From positions 5,208,001 to 5,272,000 of the forward strand of contig OZ193909.1 of the NCBI GenBank assembly GCA_964276515.1: DNA of 64,000 bases, read 5' to 3'. The notes under the pieces were generated by a model. It was not told where the DNA came from, searched no databases, and worked only from the letters and a program-made list of their open reading frames with translations. The position numbers were made by a program, and so were the translations under genes. Shown here piece by piece: positions 62,240-64,000 of this stretch. Each line of letters opens with the position of its first letter. Position 1 is the stretch's first letter. This stretch comes from Gordius albopunctatus (Eukaryota).

Positions 62240-62490
62240 CAGCTTATACTGAACTGAGAGCATGGGGATACCTAGAGTTGTTAAATTGCTAACTTTCTTC
62301 AACTCCAGCCACCATCTGCTCGAGTTTCTGCTCGGCCCTCGAGAATTTTTATATGCTACTGCTCTGCCTACTGCACCAAACAGCGAGCACATATTGTGTT
62401 AACGCGCATATTAAGCAACTCAGTGTGCGTGCTCGCGTTTGGAGTTTGAAGAAACTTAGCAATTTAACAACTCTAGGGATACCCTTGCTC
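62240..62490. repeat. Head-to-head inverted pair of SINE-like sequences
   Basis: About 50 bp inverted repeat (62258-62308 vs 62440-62490). The minus copy starts GTGCTCGCTGTTTGGTGCAGTAGG (A-box-like); the plus copy starts GTGCTCGCGTTTGG and lacks the middle part. Confidence 0.6.
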
Positions 62491-64000
62491 CAAAATATTC
62501 ACATCCGAATAGTAAGGCTAGTCGCCTTGCTCCATCCCTGTTCCCAACCCCACACCACCTAAATATTATTTTGTATGGGAGGCGATGCGCTACTAATTAC
62601 TATGCTATGAATGACGCATAATGCATAAGTTAAGAGAGGGAGGGAGGAGTAGGGGATAGTTATTGTTAATGCAGCGTGCACCTATTTTAATTTTTAACTC
62701 AATATAAAATAAATATAAAATGTTATTATACATATGAGTCATAATGTATTTTGTAATATAATATTAATTAAGTAAACATAAACTCTTTTTTAGGGGTGTA
62801 TAAGACCCAAGATTGTAAATTTTTTTTTAGATATCATATGATCGAGTTTATATATCAACATCGATGTTGATTAAATACATACAAAAACGAAATTTAATTT
62901 AAATATTTGATTTTGCATAGAAATCTTTTTTAAGCCATATAATTTCTAAATATTTGTCTTTTAACCATGCGTGAAATTTATAAAATACCTCGATATATAT
63001 TTAATTGACTTTAAAAGTTTGCATTTAAATATACTATTGGGCCTAAATTAATATATAATTTTTTTATTACCTGTCTTTAGTTCTTAAATGTAATATATTG
63101 GTTCGTTTTTACTTATATAAATTAGCTCCTGAGACTTTCTTGATTTAATTTGTGTAAAATATTGCCTTAGGTCGGCCTAATTTTTGTTCGAGCCCAAAGC
63201 AAAAGAACAATGTTTTGGTGCTCAAATCTTGGATAATATATATATTTAATTTTTGGATTACACTTGTCTTAGATTAGCCGTTTAAATGCGGTATATGTAT
63301 TTCAACAAATTAAAGACAATCACTTGGTATACGAGATCTATCAGGGCTTTGAGCATCTAGATAAGCTATGAATATGATAAAATCCTCCCTAAGCATAACG
63401 TTCTCTCCAAAAACAATAAATTTTGCAAAGTAACGATCTATGATTTCATTTCTTGATATGAATTAATATAGCACGAATGACATTTGTGTCTGGCATTTGA
63501 TAATCCGTTACAGCCACAACCTGATTTAAAATACCAAATTTATCCTCATCTCGATCATATTTTAAGTCCACTTTTGTTTTGTTTCTTGTCACCAATAATA
63601 AGAAAGCTTACTTATAAAGCTGAAAACGTGTCGTTTTAATAAGGTGAAGATGTCGTAAATCATTTATTTGAGTTCGGCCATGAGCAAGCTCTAATGTGTT
63701 TCATTCTTGATAAACTTGAGTGTGAGATTAAGCGAGTGAATATCTTGAAGTATAAATAGAGGTATGATATGAGGATAGAGATTAACCACTCTTAATATTT
63801 GGCTTGTGACAAGTTATACGTCTACACGGAGTTGAGAATGCACGATCGCCCGGTAACGATTTGATATGAGATCTACCTTATGAACGCTGTAATTGTCCAA
63901 ACTTAATATAAATTGGGGCCTAGTCTATAACTAAAATTTAAACGGCCATCACGCCAGTGTGTAATTGCGAACGTTGTTAGCACGCACAATATTAATATTA

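Overview
AT-rich, intron-containing animal (invertebrate) genomic DNA; nothing here is prokaryotic. Three host genes can be rebuilt by hand from GT-AG junctions with continuous reading frames. (1) NELF-A on the minus strand (2295-4738, 11 exons, ~461 aa), with seven consecutive 35-41 nt micro-introns at its 5' end. (2) A strongly diverged but intact IFT88/OSM-5/Polaris on the plus strand (16 exons located, 23625-30531, ~701 aa; 5' exons not found). (3) A two-exon RYamide/luqin-type neuropeptide GPCR on the minus strand (42733-53567, ~466 aa, 9.4 kb intron) with a long insertion in intracellular loop 1. The rest is a dense, nested set of non-autonomous mobile elements: hAT derivatives and MITEs with 8-bp TSDs, Helitrons, a solo LTR plus a deleted LTR element with a tRNA-Leu-type PBS, RTE-LINE relics and tRNA-derived SINEs. 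The most unusual structure is a Helentron/DINE-1-like family (19221-21748 and 36151-38294). It carries modular arrays of a palindromic double-CCAAT core, with interchangeable linker modules and embedded Pol III B-box/pseudo-tRNA units. All family assignments rest on recalled motifs, not database searches, and the organism is not identified.
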